64,000 nt of DNA from Diplonema japonicum. Its lineage: Eukaryota; Protista; Euglenozoa: Diplonemea. Position numbers and translations under genes: made by a program. The notes beneath the pieces are model-generated. The model made no database searches and was not told where the DNA came from. It worked only from the letters and a program-made list of their open reading frames with translations. Position 1 is the stretch's first letter. Each line of letters starts with the position of its first letter. Below are positions 20,017 through 32,452 of this stretch, piece by piece. The DNA lies in the NCBI GenBank assembly GCA_964019335.1, contig OZ025736.1, positions 62,001-126,000 of the forward strand, given 5' to 3'.

Positions 20017-23000
20017 TTAATAAGACGGCGAAGGGGTACGCCTGGGCACATCAGGATTCCAATCACTTCTCCGCGACAAGGCTTGCATGCCCGAATCGAT
20101 TGCGTGAATAAAACTATCGGGCTGAGGATGCACAGGGGCAGGCGACACCCGACCAGCAGACACGTAAGAAACGGGATTTCTGTGATATTGCGCGTCCCAA
20201 ACACTGCTTGGCGGAGTTCGAATAGCAGAAGGTGACAACGGTGTCAGGACCCTGTCCCCCCTTCGGCTTGGGGGTGGCATCCCCCACTCCAACGGTAGTG
20301 GCGCACCTTCCATAGGAGAGCCCGGCCTGCTATCGTAGACCCCAGGGAATCCAGGGGAGGGTGTCCGCATGCTAACAGGTGACCCTATATTCTCCTCTTC
20401 GGGGATGTTGTGCCCGACGAAACACTTGTCAAATAGTGTTTTGAGCTCCATCAGCGTCGCGACCCTCTGCAACTTCCCTTCCGGGAGGATCATGCTTCTC
20501 TGTAGCTCCGGCAGCCTCAAACATTCCCCTCTGTACTCCGCGTATGTGAACGGTGGCCGTCGCTCGCCCTCCAGGCTGTAACAAGCACGTCCTTCGTCCA
20601 GTGCTATAACCGTCACCAATCTGTTCTTCTTCCCGTCAAAGAACTTCACCACATCACCATCGGTGTCGCTGGCCGCGTCGTGCACCACCACAATGGGATC
20701 CGCCTTGGGGGATTTCAGGCTGCTCTTTGTTGGGTACGATCTTGGTTCTTCTGTTTTCTTTTGAGGGTTCGCGTAGGCCGCGCGTTCCACGATCTGTTTG
20801 GGCAAAGGCATGCCTCTACCTTGCGGTCCCTTGCGGGGGGGTGACACCAGCTCCGTTCCCGCATCGGTTGTCCTGTAACGTAATGTGTTGTGTCAGCAAG
20901 ACGGCATACCCTTCGTCGACCTCCATGGCACCCTCGTCATAGCTTGTCCCACCTGGCGATGCCGTATCCCCTGCCATGTCGCCCTGCGGGGCCGTAGTGC
21001 TCGGGTACCCTGCTGCTGTCTTCGACTCTCCATACGGGATATGGTGTATCTCCTCCTCGTTGTCAAGCGTGCTTCGCTTGTCCAACGACGGGTCCGCAGG
21101 GACAGGAGCAGGGGCAGGCGGCACATCCGCCATTTCATGCTCCTGAGGCGGTGGGTCTTTCCTCGGCCCGCTCTCCGTTTCACCAGGATCGTGGTCCTTC
21201 TGGTAGGCCCATATGAAGCACGCAAGTAGCACGATACACAGGCAGCCGCCTATGGCGATCAGCACAATGTACAGGACGGCGAGCTCGCTGTTTTATGTTG
21301 TTTGGGTTTCCTGAAGGAGACATACTCATCGCTATCATCCTTGGCGCATGTCTCCGTGCACCCCCTGCTGCTTGCAAGGTCTGTGCAGCAACGCGTTCGG
21401 AACTGCCTGCACGAAAAGGTCCCCTGTGGTTGAAGGTGCGTTGCTCACACCGCATGGCATACCGTTGTCTTCTCAAGGCAAGCATCGAACTCGTCCTGGC
21501 ACGTGAGGATGAGGTTGCAGGAAGTGCCGCTCGGCGGGACGCATTCGTTGATGGTGGGCCAGACGGTACCTCGCAGGCACGTGCAGCGCGTCTGTTGTGT
21601 TATTGTTGTTACCCTTAAGCACACCTGTTCACAAGCGAGGTACGCGGCGAAAGTAGCAGAACCGCAAGAAAAGGAATTGGCCGTCACAGCGCAGTCGGGG
21701 TTTGTGGTGGGCGGTGCAGGCGTGGCCGGTGCTGATGTGAGCGGGGCAGGTGTGGCCGGAGCATTTGTCGGTGGCTGCGTAGTGCAGTCAGCACCTGACC
21801 AGTTGTCAGTACAGACACACGTGCAGCTCGGGCGGTTGCCGCTGGGCACACCGCGGTTGTTGCAGTTATCTGCTGTGCAGGCAACGACCACTTGAAGCGA
21901 CATCCCGTCCAGCGTAGGGTCCACCAAGGCAGCCTTGTCCACCGCAACTGTGTTCCCGAACAAGCTCTGCATGTTCGCAGTGTTGAGAGTCCCTGCTGCC
22001 GCCTTCTGCGCAACGCTGTTCCCGAGCGGGGCTGCCTTCGGGATCGACGTCTCCACGCTGATGTCCGCGATGACAGACCCGTTGCGCAGTGCACCCACAC
22101 TGCACACCTCGTTCCACAGCAGCCCCTCGCTGGCCACCATGTCCTTGCAAACAGCTTCCTTGACAACGTCCTCTCCCAAAGCAGTCGCCTCCTCCAACGT
22201 CGCGAACACATAACGCAACGAGAAGGCGACGACACCTTTGGTGACGCAGACCCTGTCGACATCGATCTGCCCCGCAGGGCAGGCAAAGGTGTCGGTGATG
22301 CTTAAGGTCGCAGTGTCGGTGCCAGAATATGTGGCAGACGAAGACAACGAGTGCGTGAGCGACGAGGAGAAGGTGGCCGTAGGTGTGGGCAGCGTGAAGG
22401 AGACTGTGGGGGAAAGCGACCCGCTCAAGGTAAGCGTGGTACTGAAAGTAACCGTGGGAGTAAATGTGGCACTGTAAGTAACCGACACCGTAGAAGAAGG
22501 TGTAACGCTCCGCGTGGATGTCAAGGTTTCCGTGAGCGTGACAGGCATGCTGACAGTCGACGAGAGGCTTGTCGTGCGGCTCTCCGTCAGCGACAGCGAA
22601 ACCGAGCGCGAGAGAGACGCTGTGGGGGTCCCCGTGAAGGAAGGGGTGAATGTACCAGTGCCCGAAAGGGACAGCGACACGGAAGAAGTATGGGTGAAGG
22701 TAGCAGTATGCGAAACAGTGTGGGAAAGGGTAAAGGAACGCGAGATGGAAGATGAGACGGACTTCGTAGAGGACAACGAAGGAGAAACTGTCACAGAAAA
22801 GGACGGAGTGGAGGTTGGGAGGGTGGCGGTGAGGGTGCCCACTGTAAGCGACACCGTCTGCGTAGGAAGCGTCATCGTCGCTGTTCGCAACGTCAGAGAA
22901 CCTGTCGCAGTGGGCACGGTAAGGGACTCTGAGACCGTTACAGACACAGATTCTGTCAGGGTCGCAGAGATGCTGGCTGACTCGCTTTGAGTAGGCGTCC

Positions 23001-23187
23001 GCAGAGTCTGCGACACTGTATCTGTAGGCAGTGTCGCACTAAAACTCTCAGTCCCCGTCCCCACCGTCATACTCTCTGTCCCCGTCCTCAGTGTCTCGCT
23101 GATTGTGAACGTCTCGGTCCGCGTCGGGCCTACACTACTCACCCCAACCACCAAGGCCAGCACCAATACTCCTTGGCTGTGCCTCAT
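20017..23187 (-). CDS. Type I membrane surface protein: signal peptide, S/T dipeptide-periodic region, SEA-like, EGF-like, Cys-rich, TM and Pro/Ser-rich cytoplasmic tail; introns 21424-21462, 21288-21325, 20873-20909
   Basis: Three GTATG..CAG introns (39, 38 and 37 nt) join ORFs 21445-23220, 20816-21265 and 20017-20847 in consistent phase. EGF: CNNRG..CTCVCTDNWSGADC. TM: LAVLYIVLIAIGGCLCIVLLACFIWAY. Confidence 0.8.
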
Positions 23188-23591
23188 TGCAGGGAAATCA
23201 CGGGAAATAGGTATGATCACCTAATCCCTTCTTTCCCTTCCCTCCCTCCTGTTTTATGGGTTTTGCCTTCGAAAAAAAAAAAGGGGAAAAAAAAGGAAGG
23301 GATAGTAAACAAAAGAATCTCAAAGAAAAAGGAATTGATGGAAAAAAAAGGGGGGGGGAAGAGATGGGGGGGCACGTGTATGAAGGATAAAGTAAACTCA
23401 GAAGGGGAGAGGGAGTAGGGGGGGTGTTATGTGTCCTTTTTTTTTTATTGGTAGTTTTTTTTTTTCTTTTTTAAATTAATCGTCCCATTCCTTTGTGTGC
23501 TTGGCTCACGAAAGGAAAGGACCGAGAGGGAGGGGAACCGGTTCAGGAGAACATTTCGTCTCTCCGGATGCTGCGAAGTAAAGAAAGAAAG

Positions 23592-23625
<34 letters not shown>

Positions 23626-24813
23626 AGAGAAGAAGGAATTTCTTTTCTTATTACAATGAGTCTTTCTTTTTTTTCGCCAATCTTATTTCCTTCCTTAATT
23701 ATTTCTTTTTTGAAAAAAAGGCTTGTAACTCCCACTCTAAGCGGACAGGGAGGAGGGTTATGTGCGTGAAAATCTAGTGTCTAGGGAATGGAGAAGGGGA
23801 AGGGGAAGGGGTGGGGGCCGTGTGTTAGCGCCTCATATCTCTAAAACCCATTTGAACGGCCCCTTCAAAACAGTAACTGCAATGAACTCGTTTCGCAACT
23901 CTGCCAATGATTAGAATACGGTTTGTTTTCTTGACACAACTGATCTTTTTTTTTTTTTTTTTTTTTTTTGTGCATTCTCTGGAGTAAAATGTTGGAGGAC
24001 TGCGGTCCACCGATTGACCTGACTGGGGTTTTAGAGATACGGGCGTAGTTTTCTTTTTACCCCCCTTTTTTCTTTTTTTTTTTTTGTACAATAAAAAAAA
24101 ACCCCCTTGGTTTTAAGTTGTTTTCCCGGTCCCTTTTAAAAAAAAGAGAAGAGAAAAAAAAAAAATAGGGGGGTAACTATTCTGCTTTGGTAATCAAATT
24201 TTTATCACAAAAAAAAAGAGGGTATATGGGAGGGTGAGGGGAATTTTCACTTTACTGAAAAGTTAACACAACCCCCTACCCCCGAAGAAAAGTGTCTAGT
24301 AGATTCTATATGGGGGAAGCAGAAAAAAAACAGGGGGTGGAAATCTCGTTTTTTTTTGGGGGGGGAACAAAGCACTGTTCACGTTAGTTAACATTTTTTT
24401 TTTTTAAAGCTCCCTAATCTTTCAGCCATGCAGTCCTTAGACTAACGTCTGCAAGCCCGGCACATAGCCTTCCTTCGCGTGAAATCTTTCGTAATTCGTT
24501 GAATAGAGGCAAAATAGAACCCTTTTTTGTATTCCCACGTTGTCCCTCTTGCCCGGGCATCTTTTCTTAGCCCAAAAGGGGGGGGAAACAAAAAAAAAAT
24601 CTTCTTTCTTTGTTCACCGTGAACAGCGCTGTTTCCCCCCCCCATCTTCTTTTTTATAATAATTTTTTTTTTTTTTCTCGCACGCACGACAAAAAAAAAA
24701 AAAAAAAAAAAAAAGCCAACTTTTTTTTTTTTTTTTTTTTTAAAAAGGGAAACACCAGAACAGAACGGAAAAGGGGTGGGGGGTGGGGGGGGACAAAAAA
24801 AAACAATAAAACT

Positions 24814-25287
24814 CTAGACGTGCCCAGGGGGGACCGGCGGGTGTTTTGGTGTATTTACCCTGCATAGCCGTAAAGGTGATATGAAAGATGCAGGAAGGTG
24901 TGGAGAAGGAATCCTGGGAGGGACCGGGGGCACATTCCGCAGCAGCTTGCTGAAGCAATCTCTCGCGAGCATTACATACCGAATACGGACTACGGACTGG
25001 GAGATTTCCCACACCTCAATAGGTGCGACCCTGTCACGGGAGAAATTGGTCATCGGGCGCAGACACTCCTTCAAAGGGATGCTCTTCAGGCACATTGTTT
25101 TCCAGTATTTTGGGTACTTCAGCAACACAACTGCTCTCTCGTCTCCTTCAGCCACCACCTGCCACACGGCACCCTCTACTACCGCTTCTCTCACACCCAT
25201 GCCCGAGTACTCCAGACAAGCCACATCTTCCGGCTTTAAAAATTTTGCGATGTTGAGTAACAAATCCTTACATTGCAATACTTCCAT
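24814..25287 (-). CDS. Small F-box-like protein
   Basis: N-terminal DLLLNIAKFLKPEDVACLE...AVW matches the F-box pattern. Confidence 0.55.
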   Translation of the reverse strand: MEVLQCKDLLLNIAKFLKPEDVACLEYSGMGVREAVVEGAVWQVVAEGDERAVVLLKYPKYWKTMCLKSIPLKECLRPMTNFSRDRVAPIEVWEISQSVVRIRYVMLARDCFSKLLRNVPPVPPRIPSPHLPASFISPLRLCRVNTPKHPPVPPGHV

Positions 25288-25653
25288 TATCCCCCCCCCC
25301 TTTTTTTTCCCCCACTGGAATAATATCGTCTGCGGAGGACAGGGGGTTTTTTTTTTAAAAAAGGAACACAGGATGAAAGAAATTTGAGGGGGGGGGAGGA
25401 TATCGAAAAAAGAAAAAGAAAATATAGTGGTGATAAGACACCAAAGGAAACGGATAGTAAAATAAAAAAAAAAAAAGAATCCTGAACACGGCCCAAAGAA
25501 AAAAAAAGGAAAAAAAAAAAAAAAAAAAAAAGAGAATGAACCGTCTGCTCGACGTTGCAAGTCTCTTTCTACTGACAATATAAAGAATGGGAAAAAAAAA
25601 ACTCGATCTATTTTTGCGGTGCGCTGGTTGGTGCCCACCGTGGACGGGGGATC

Positions 25654-26347
25654 CTACACGTGCCTGTCACCATTCTGCGGTTGCATCCTGGTGCCGGCCG
25701 TCGGGGTTTGCCTGTCCGTCATGGACGGCATCTGCGCTAAGAACATCGGTCGCAGTCCCTCCAAATAGGGGGCTGTTTGGGTTGACGAGAACAGGGGTCT
25801 CTTGTCGTAGCCATGCATCGCTGGTGCGCCCAGGTTTCTCAGGGAGTGTACTCTGGTCATCCTTCTTGCCGGGAAGCCGCTTTTGTTGCCCTTTGCCGCA
25901 CATGCTTGCACTCTATTGAGGATGTACCGCAAAAAAAAAAAAAATCTAGCAACGCAAATAGAGCTCGGCAGCAATGTCCTTGCCATGCTTGCCTCTCTTG
26001 CTCCGGGTTGTATCCGTGTATGGTTTAGCAGGGTTAACCGTCTTCACGGGGGCGGTGTGCAATGCGGAATACGAAGACAGTTGTTTGCCCTCTTGCTTGG
26101 CCATCCTGACCACTTGCATTGACTGAGATGCTGCCATCAGCTCAACCACCTTCTGGTCGGGCTTGTGCTCGATTACCGGTTTGAACTGGGAGAAGAACCT
26201 TGGCCCGCTTTTAGCCCCCTCATTCCTTGGGTTCAACCCCTTCCCGGTATCACTGAGCGGGGGTTGGGCTTTGTACCCCGAGAACAGAGGTGGCCTCTTC
26301 TTAGATAAACCGTTGGGGACAAAGTCATTCCCATGCGCCCATGACAC

Positions 26348-26378
<31 letters not shown>

Positions 26379-29300
26379 CCGTGAAGGTTTTTCTGACTTG
26401 ATCTAGATCAACGTCTTCCCTCCCACGGGGGGATTCTTCCACCTCCTCTGTTTTAATTTTTTTTTTCTTCTTTTTTTTTTTTGTAAAGGACCACACCAGT
26501 CACAACTTGTTTTTCCTGTGCAACAAGCACCTCTGTCACCTCTGCCCTCGGCTTTGTCCGCATTTCTTGCAGTGCATCGTTGATCCCGGCATTGGTGTGC
26601 AGGGCTCGCGCAGTGTTGGGCCTGCCTCGTGACATAGCCGGCGATGCTGATAACATGCGATCTGTCGGCGGCTGAGGGGCCTTGGGACTTCCTTCATATA
26701 ATTGGATCCCTTTGACCTGTGTCTGTGGCATTTGCACGGTTGGTGCGTAGCTTTTCGAGGTGAACTTGAGTTTTGTGTCGAAGGAGCACTCCCTTTCTGC
26801 AGTTGGGGTCATTTCCTTCTCGTCTCGTGACACCAACTCCCGCACAGGGGACATAGAACGGCGAATGACAGGGCTCTGTGCTGTCGGGACTGTTTTGATC
26901 CCCAGTGCAGGGCTGATGTCCACAACCCGGCGTGTCCACTGATGACCCTCGGGCGTGATTTCCGGATCGCCTGGTGCTTCCTCGTCATTTATCTTACTAG
27001 GGTTCAACGGCCATCCTGCCGCTCCTACCACGGCTAGCGGCACACCCTCCGACGTGCTCACCTTTATCTCTTTATCACCAGCGGCCGTTACAAGAACTTC
27101 ACTCCCGGGCACCCATATCACTGATGACAGGACCGCGTTGTGTGGCTTGAAACAAGCCTTCACAGTTACGTTTTGCGTGGTCATCGCGAGGCGGAGGGCG
27201 TTCTCCAGCGTGCCCTGGTGGGTGGGCTGCTGTTTTTGCGACGGCTTTCGTGTTTTGTGCGTCACGGTGAAGCTGAAGACGTTCGACGCAGTAGACTCCA
27301 GGTTGATGGACGCTGAGCGCGGCTGCTTCGTCTGCAGCGTTTTCGTAGCCAGCGCAATGGCAGCGTCGAAGACGGAGACAACACCACCTGAATCGCCTAT
27401 AAAGACGAGCCCCTTCTCAGGGGCTACGGAGATGACGAATGCCTCCTCTGTGGGGGAGTGCGTTGCGTGGAAAGCGGAGACGATCTCTGATGTGTCGCTC
27501 TTCCCGCACCGCCACACGACCACCAACCCGTTCCCGTGCAGGGAGAGCAGCGATGAGTTTCCGGCGAACACGATCTGCTCCACAATGTGCGACAGCCCTT
27601 CTTGCATCTTTGTTTGGAATTTCGAGAATTCAAACTCAGCACGTTCCAGGCTGACTGCAGACTGTCGATGCATCACCTCGCTCATTCTTTGAGCGTTCGG
27701 GGTAGCCTTGAGGACCGTGTACACTGTCATCTGGCCCAGGTCGTACATTACCACAGCGCCTGAAGAGGTGCCCAGCGCCAGGCGGTTGGGTGCGTTGAAA
27801 GACATGGAATAGACGTGGCCCCAGTTGTTCCCGATGTGTAGCTCTTGCCGTAAGGGGACGAAGAACTCCCCTGCTGCGTCGATCCACAGCAGGATCTTCC
27901 CGCTCCAGCCTGCGGCGATGATGAAGGCGTTCCCATCGGACGCTGAGGCCACCACCTCCGCATGGCAAAGACATGCAAGCTCGAAGGTGTTGGTGTTGCT
28001 GCACTTCTTCAACTGCTCACCGTTAATGTAGTTCCACACCGATAGCACTCCGCCGGGCATTGAGACGAGTAGACGCCGCTGGCCAGTGTCGAAAGCGAGG
28101 GAGGTGATCCGCCCGCCAGGTGCCCACGAAGCAACCTTGTTGCCCGTTGCAAAATCCCATACATATACCTTATGCGAGTCAGCGGAGACGACATGGTTGT
28201 AACACGAGTTGAAGAGAGCAGCGATGATAGGCTTTTGATGTCCTTGTCCGTCTGAACCACGCGATTTGTCCCGCCCGTTCTGAAGCCGTCCTCCGGAGTG
28301 TTGGTTTTGAAAGGCAACGGGCATGTTCGCGGCGGCCACTATGCAGCCTTTCTTCGAGTCGTACTCGAGAGCGGAGAGCTTGTTCTCAGGGCGGCGGAGT
28401 ACTTTATCTACGATCTGCTGGACACACTTGCTGGACCTGACGTCGTACACAGAGAGGGTCTTGTCCTCCGTCAGTACCAGGGCGTGTCCAGAGTCGGGGT
28501 TGAATTTCACACTGACGACAGGTGTCTTCTGAGCAAGCTTGGTGGGGTTGGTCATGGTGGGGTTCCACAGCAGGACAGTCGAGGCGCCCCACGTCGCGAT
28601 GATGTTGACGTCCTCGTTGTAGTCAAAGCCCAGGATCCCCGCGTCCTTCTGCCCGAAGGTGGGGCAAGCTCCGTTGGGCCCGCCTAATGACTGAATTTCT
28701 TCAGATTTTTCTAAATTGTAGACTTTTAGATACTGGTCCATTGACAGCGTGATGAGTGAGTCCAGCCTATCGCAGACTTTTATTTTGGTGACCCACGACG
28801 TGTGAGGACGCCATTGCTGCTGGACCCTGAGGCTGAGATCCGATTCCCGACCGGATTCCCTGCGGAAGTTGTAGAGTTGCACCCAGCCTTGCTCGAGACC
28901 GAGCAAAACTGGTTCGGAGAGATGCGGGAAGAGTCTTTTCTGCATGGAGCTTGTCACGACCTCCGCGCACATCGGCGAGTACTGGAGCCCGTCCATGGGG
29001 AGAACCTCGATCCTTTTGGGCTCCGTGGTGAGCCGGTTGCGCCCGATATGAGGGAACATCTTTTGTTGAACGGGGTTTTGATCCTTGGCTTGGAGCTTCA
29101 TCCAGTCATCATCGGATGCTGGAGGCCCGCCCTCTGCAAGCATCAACATGCCTTCCCCGTCGTGCACTTCACGATACCGTTCACTGCAGTACTTAGAACC
29201 TGGTTCAACCCCTCGGTACATTTTGTGGATTGCGGTTGTTGCTGCGTCGTACAGCGTCACGGTGCGGTCGATTTGGAAGACGCCAATGCGGTTGGACACG

Positions 29301-29977
29301 TTGAGGTAAGCTAGGTCGGAAATGTATCGAGACTTCGCCACCGCACCGTCGTTGTGCATAGTGGTCATGTAGCTTTGGTTCGAAGAGTTCCAGACCTTCA
29401 CAGTCCCGTCCAAAGACGCTGTGAAGTACTTGTCCGCGGTGCAGATAATCTTGTGGATGGGTTCTTTGTGAGCGGACTGGCTGCTCTTTTGCTTCGCTGC
29501 TGGTTTGTACGTGTATTGTTTGTCAAAGCCGTCCATCGCTTCACCAGCTTGCTGTTGGTTCATCAACAAGTAAGACGAGAACTCTTCCCAGTCAATGACT
29601 CCGTTTGCGTCAGTGTCTATCCGAGAGGTCATTGTTGGGTAAAGCGAGGGCTGGGCTCCGGGGAGCAAGATTGGGGCGATTCTTTCTGTGAATATCTTTT
29701 CGGGCATGCCCACCGCGATCGCAGCGCTGCTCCATTTTTGCTGAAACAGTTTCTTCAACTGCCTTATCGGTCCGAGGTCCAGCTTTGCCGTGCTTATACA
29801 CACCAGGCCGCCCACATCCATATCCCCGCCGCTTTTCCATTGCAGGACTTCTGATAAATCCTCTGTGTCGTCGTAGACCCCTTCTTCCCCTTCGCTGTGA
29901 AGCGTTTTGAACAACCGCTTTGCTTCTGCTTCCAATTCCAGAAGGGTTGATGTGAGGAAGTGTCGACCCCCATCCAT
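25654..29977 (-). CDS. EF-hand + WD40 repeat protein (WDR49/EFCAB8-like); introns 26448-26496, 26348-26379 and probably 25913-25955
   Basis: EF-hand IDTDANGVIDWEEF and many WD repeats (TASLDGTVKVWN, HKVYVWD, LSVWNY). Short introns link the downstream ORF fragments. The last exon frame is uncertain. Confidence 0.8.
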
Positions 29978-30105
29978 GCCCCGTAGGAAAGGGGGGGGGG
30001 GGGGGTTCTCTTTTTTTTCTTAAAAGAAAGAAATTGTATTGACATTAGATAGAGGTGTGGGGGGGAGGGGGGTATACTAAAAAAAAAAAAATATAGAAAA
30101 TAAAT

Positions 30106-31245
30106 CTATGGTTTGTTTGCTTTCTTGGTCACCTCCTGCTGCATTTTCTGCAAGGATTGCAAGGCAGCATGGCTGAGTGAAGGGCTGGATGAGGACAGTG
30201 AGGCTTCGGGAGACGGCTCGTCTTCGATCTCACGGTTTTCATATTTTGCATAGAGGTCTGCGTAAGCCTTGCGGTAGTGTTCGGCTTGGTCAAGCCGTCG
30301 TTCGAGAACGGCGACCCTTTGAGGGCTGCAGAGGTTGGAGATCTCAGAGGGGACGTTGAGGATTTGCGTTTGCTTGACAAGAGTCTCGGCGAACTCCTTC
30401 CACTCGTCTAGTTCCTGTTGGAGGCGGTCGACACATGCGATTAGATCTTTGCTTTGTTTTTTGAACATTTCCCGACCGAGGTTTGCCTCCCGGCTCATTC
30501 TCCGAAATGTTGCCACCGCTTCCTTCATCTTCGCTGTTTCCCTTGTTTTCTGTTCCATTTCCAACGAATTGTTGAACACCTTCATCAACTGCTCTTGAAA
30601 CGCTTCCAGCTCCTTGTTTTTTGCAAGGCAGAATTTGCATTTTTTCCCGGCAGCCTTGTCCTCCTCTTGCACGCGAAGGTGGGAATCGAATATCCTTTCC
30701 CCGTCAGGGACCTCGAAGATGGGGAGTTTCATGACATCGCCTTTTCTTTCAAATCGATCGACCGACCACGTCTTCCTGATGGTGTCGATGGGGCTCGGAG
30801 CGAAGCTGTCGTTGAATTTGTGGTCGATCAAAGCAAGAAGAAGGTCCTGGTCGGTAGGGACCTTTATGAGAAGGTGTAGAATGGGTTGTTCTCCTTTTTT
30901 TCGAGGGATTTTTTGTGTCATGATTTGAGAAATGGCGGACAGTCTGATCAGCCTCTTCAACGGCCCTCCCAAGTCGCACAGCAACAACGAGTTCGGTGAA
31001 ACCACCAACACTCTCTCAGGAGTGCCGGGGAAGAACGACTGTAGCACACGTGTCTCTACTTTCTCCACCACCCTCACGCAGTGGATCTTGCTGCTTTTGA
31101 AGTGTTTCAAACCGCTGTTTATTTTCCTCTGGAACGGGACCGGGTCGGGCGGCCGTATTGTAATTTCCCCCAGAACCTCGCTGACATCTCGCGGTTCGTT
31201 CTTGTCCTCCTCATACAAGGTTTCGACGTCACTCATTTTATCCAT
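30106..31245 (-). CDS. PH/TH1-like domain + coiled-coil hypothetical protein
   Basis: RVLVVSPNSLLLCD..LKRLIRLSAISQI..LLIKVPTDQDLLL resembles TH1-like PH domains common in euglenozoans. Heptad-rich C-terminal half. Confidence 0.65.
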   Translation of the reverse strand: MDKMSDVETLYEEDKNEPRDVSEVLGEITIRPPDPVPFQRKINSGLKHFKSSKIHCVRVVEKVETRVLQSFFPGTPERVLVVSPNSLLLCDLGGPLKRLIRLSAISQIMTQKIPRKKGEQPILHLLIKVPTDQDLLLALIDHKFNDSFAPSPIDTIRKTWSVDRFERKGDVMKLPIFEVPDGERIFDSHLRVQEEDKAAGKKCKFCLAKNKELEAFQEQLMKVFNNSLEMEQKTRETAKMKEAVATFRRMSREANLGREMFKKQSKDLIACVDRLQQELDEWKEFAETLVKQTQILNVPSEISNLCSPQRVAVLERRLDQAEHYRKAYADLYAKYENREIEDEPSPEASLSSSSPSLSHAALQSLQKMQQEVTKKANKP

Positions 31246-31499
31246 TTTTTTTTTTTTTTTGGTTTGGTTCGTGTGGCTTTTTTTTTTTTTTTTTTTTTTT
31301 TTTTCCCCGTTCTTATTTGAAAAATGGACAACAAAAAAAGGGGGGGGGGAACAAGAACCCAATCAGCTTTTTGAAAAGCAGGGGGTGTTATTACTAAGCT
31401 CGAATAATTCAGGTTAATGAAAGAGCGCGGAGGGAGAAGGGGGGAATATTTAAAGAGATAAAGGGACGTCAGTGTTGGTGGCACCCTGCACAAGCACTG

Positions 31500-31533
<34 letters not shown>

Positions 31534-31576
31534 TGAAGGAGCTAGCGGAAACGGATTTTTTTTTTTTCTTTTCTTC

Positions 31577-32452
31577 TCAAAATTTGTACGCTTTCATCGC
31601 GGTCCTTCTGAACAGCCAGTCTCTGTCCTCTTCAGAGTATCCCGCGGTAAAGCCTTGGTACGCCGCATAAGCGTCTCGGAGTTCAACACCATTCTCTTCA
31701 TCAACAGGGTGGTTGGTAGCAAACATACACCTGCAGGGCGTGAAGATATCAATAAGACGCTTCACAACAGGCTCAAGGTCAAGAGACGGAAGCATAGAAA
31801 TCTTGACGAAGAGGTTGGGAAGGGTAGAAAGTTGGGTGAGGGGTTCCCAATAAGACTCCTCACTGGCTAGCTCAGAGGAAGTAGGAGAGCCAATATGGTT
31901 GAGGATCACAACAAGACCTGGTATGTTCGAGAAAACCTCATAGGCCGTTTGGAACTGGTGTGGGTTCAGCTGTAGGTCGAACGAAAAACCAATTTCTTCA
32001 AGTCTCGTAAGATTTTTCAAAAAGGTTTTGTTTTTCAAGAAGTTCTCATGGACACGGGGGTATGATGGTTCAAAGTTCACAATTTGCCTGAAGCCCACTA
32101 CTTGTTCAAACCCTTTAACCTTCTCGAGAAGCCTCTCCACACCAACTCCTTCCTCTTCCAAACAACAGTTCGCTACTATTTTTAATGGTTTGTTCTTCAC
32201 CTGGCCCGCCGTCCACTCCAGCTCTTCCAAACATTTCCCCTTGTTCATTTCACCCGCCGATTTTTCTTTGTAACACACACTCATTGCCTCTACGACCACC
32301 CCGCCTTCAAGGTCCAGCCCTGCTTCTTCAAGATCCTTCTCATACTTTTGTATCGTGTATTTCTTCACCCCTCTTGGTGCGAAGAGGCACCCTTCAGCAT
32401 AGCCACCTTCAGAAATGTCCCAAATGTGGAAGTGAGGGTCTATTATCTTCAT
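31577..32452 (-). CDS. Amidohydrolase_2 family (sugar-lactonase/L-fuconolactonase-like)
   Basis: IIDPHFHIWD, GFRQ, SFDLQ, ILNHIG, NLFVKIS, MFATNHPV and a terminal TAMKAY. Intronless. Confidence 0.88.
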   Translation of the reverse strand: MKIIDPHFHIWDISEGGYAEGCLFAPRGVKKYTIQKYEKDLEEAGLDLEGGVVVEAMSVCYKEKSAGEMNKGKCLEELEWTAGQVKNKPLKIVANCCLEEEGVGVERLLEKVKGFEQVVGFRQIVNFEPSYPRVHENFLKNKTFLKNLTRLEEIGFSFDLQLNPHQFQTAYEVFSNIPGLVVILNHIGSPTSSELASEESYWEPLTQLSTLPNLFVKISMLPSLDLEPVVKRLIDIFTPCRCMFATNHPVDEENGVELRDAYAAYQGFTAGYSEEDRDWLFRRTAMKAYKF

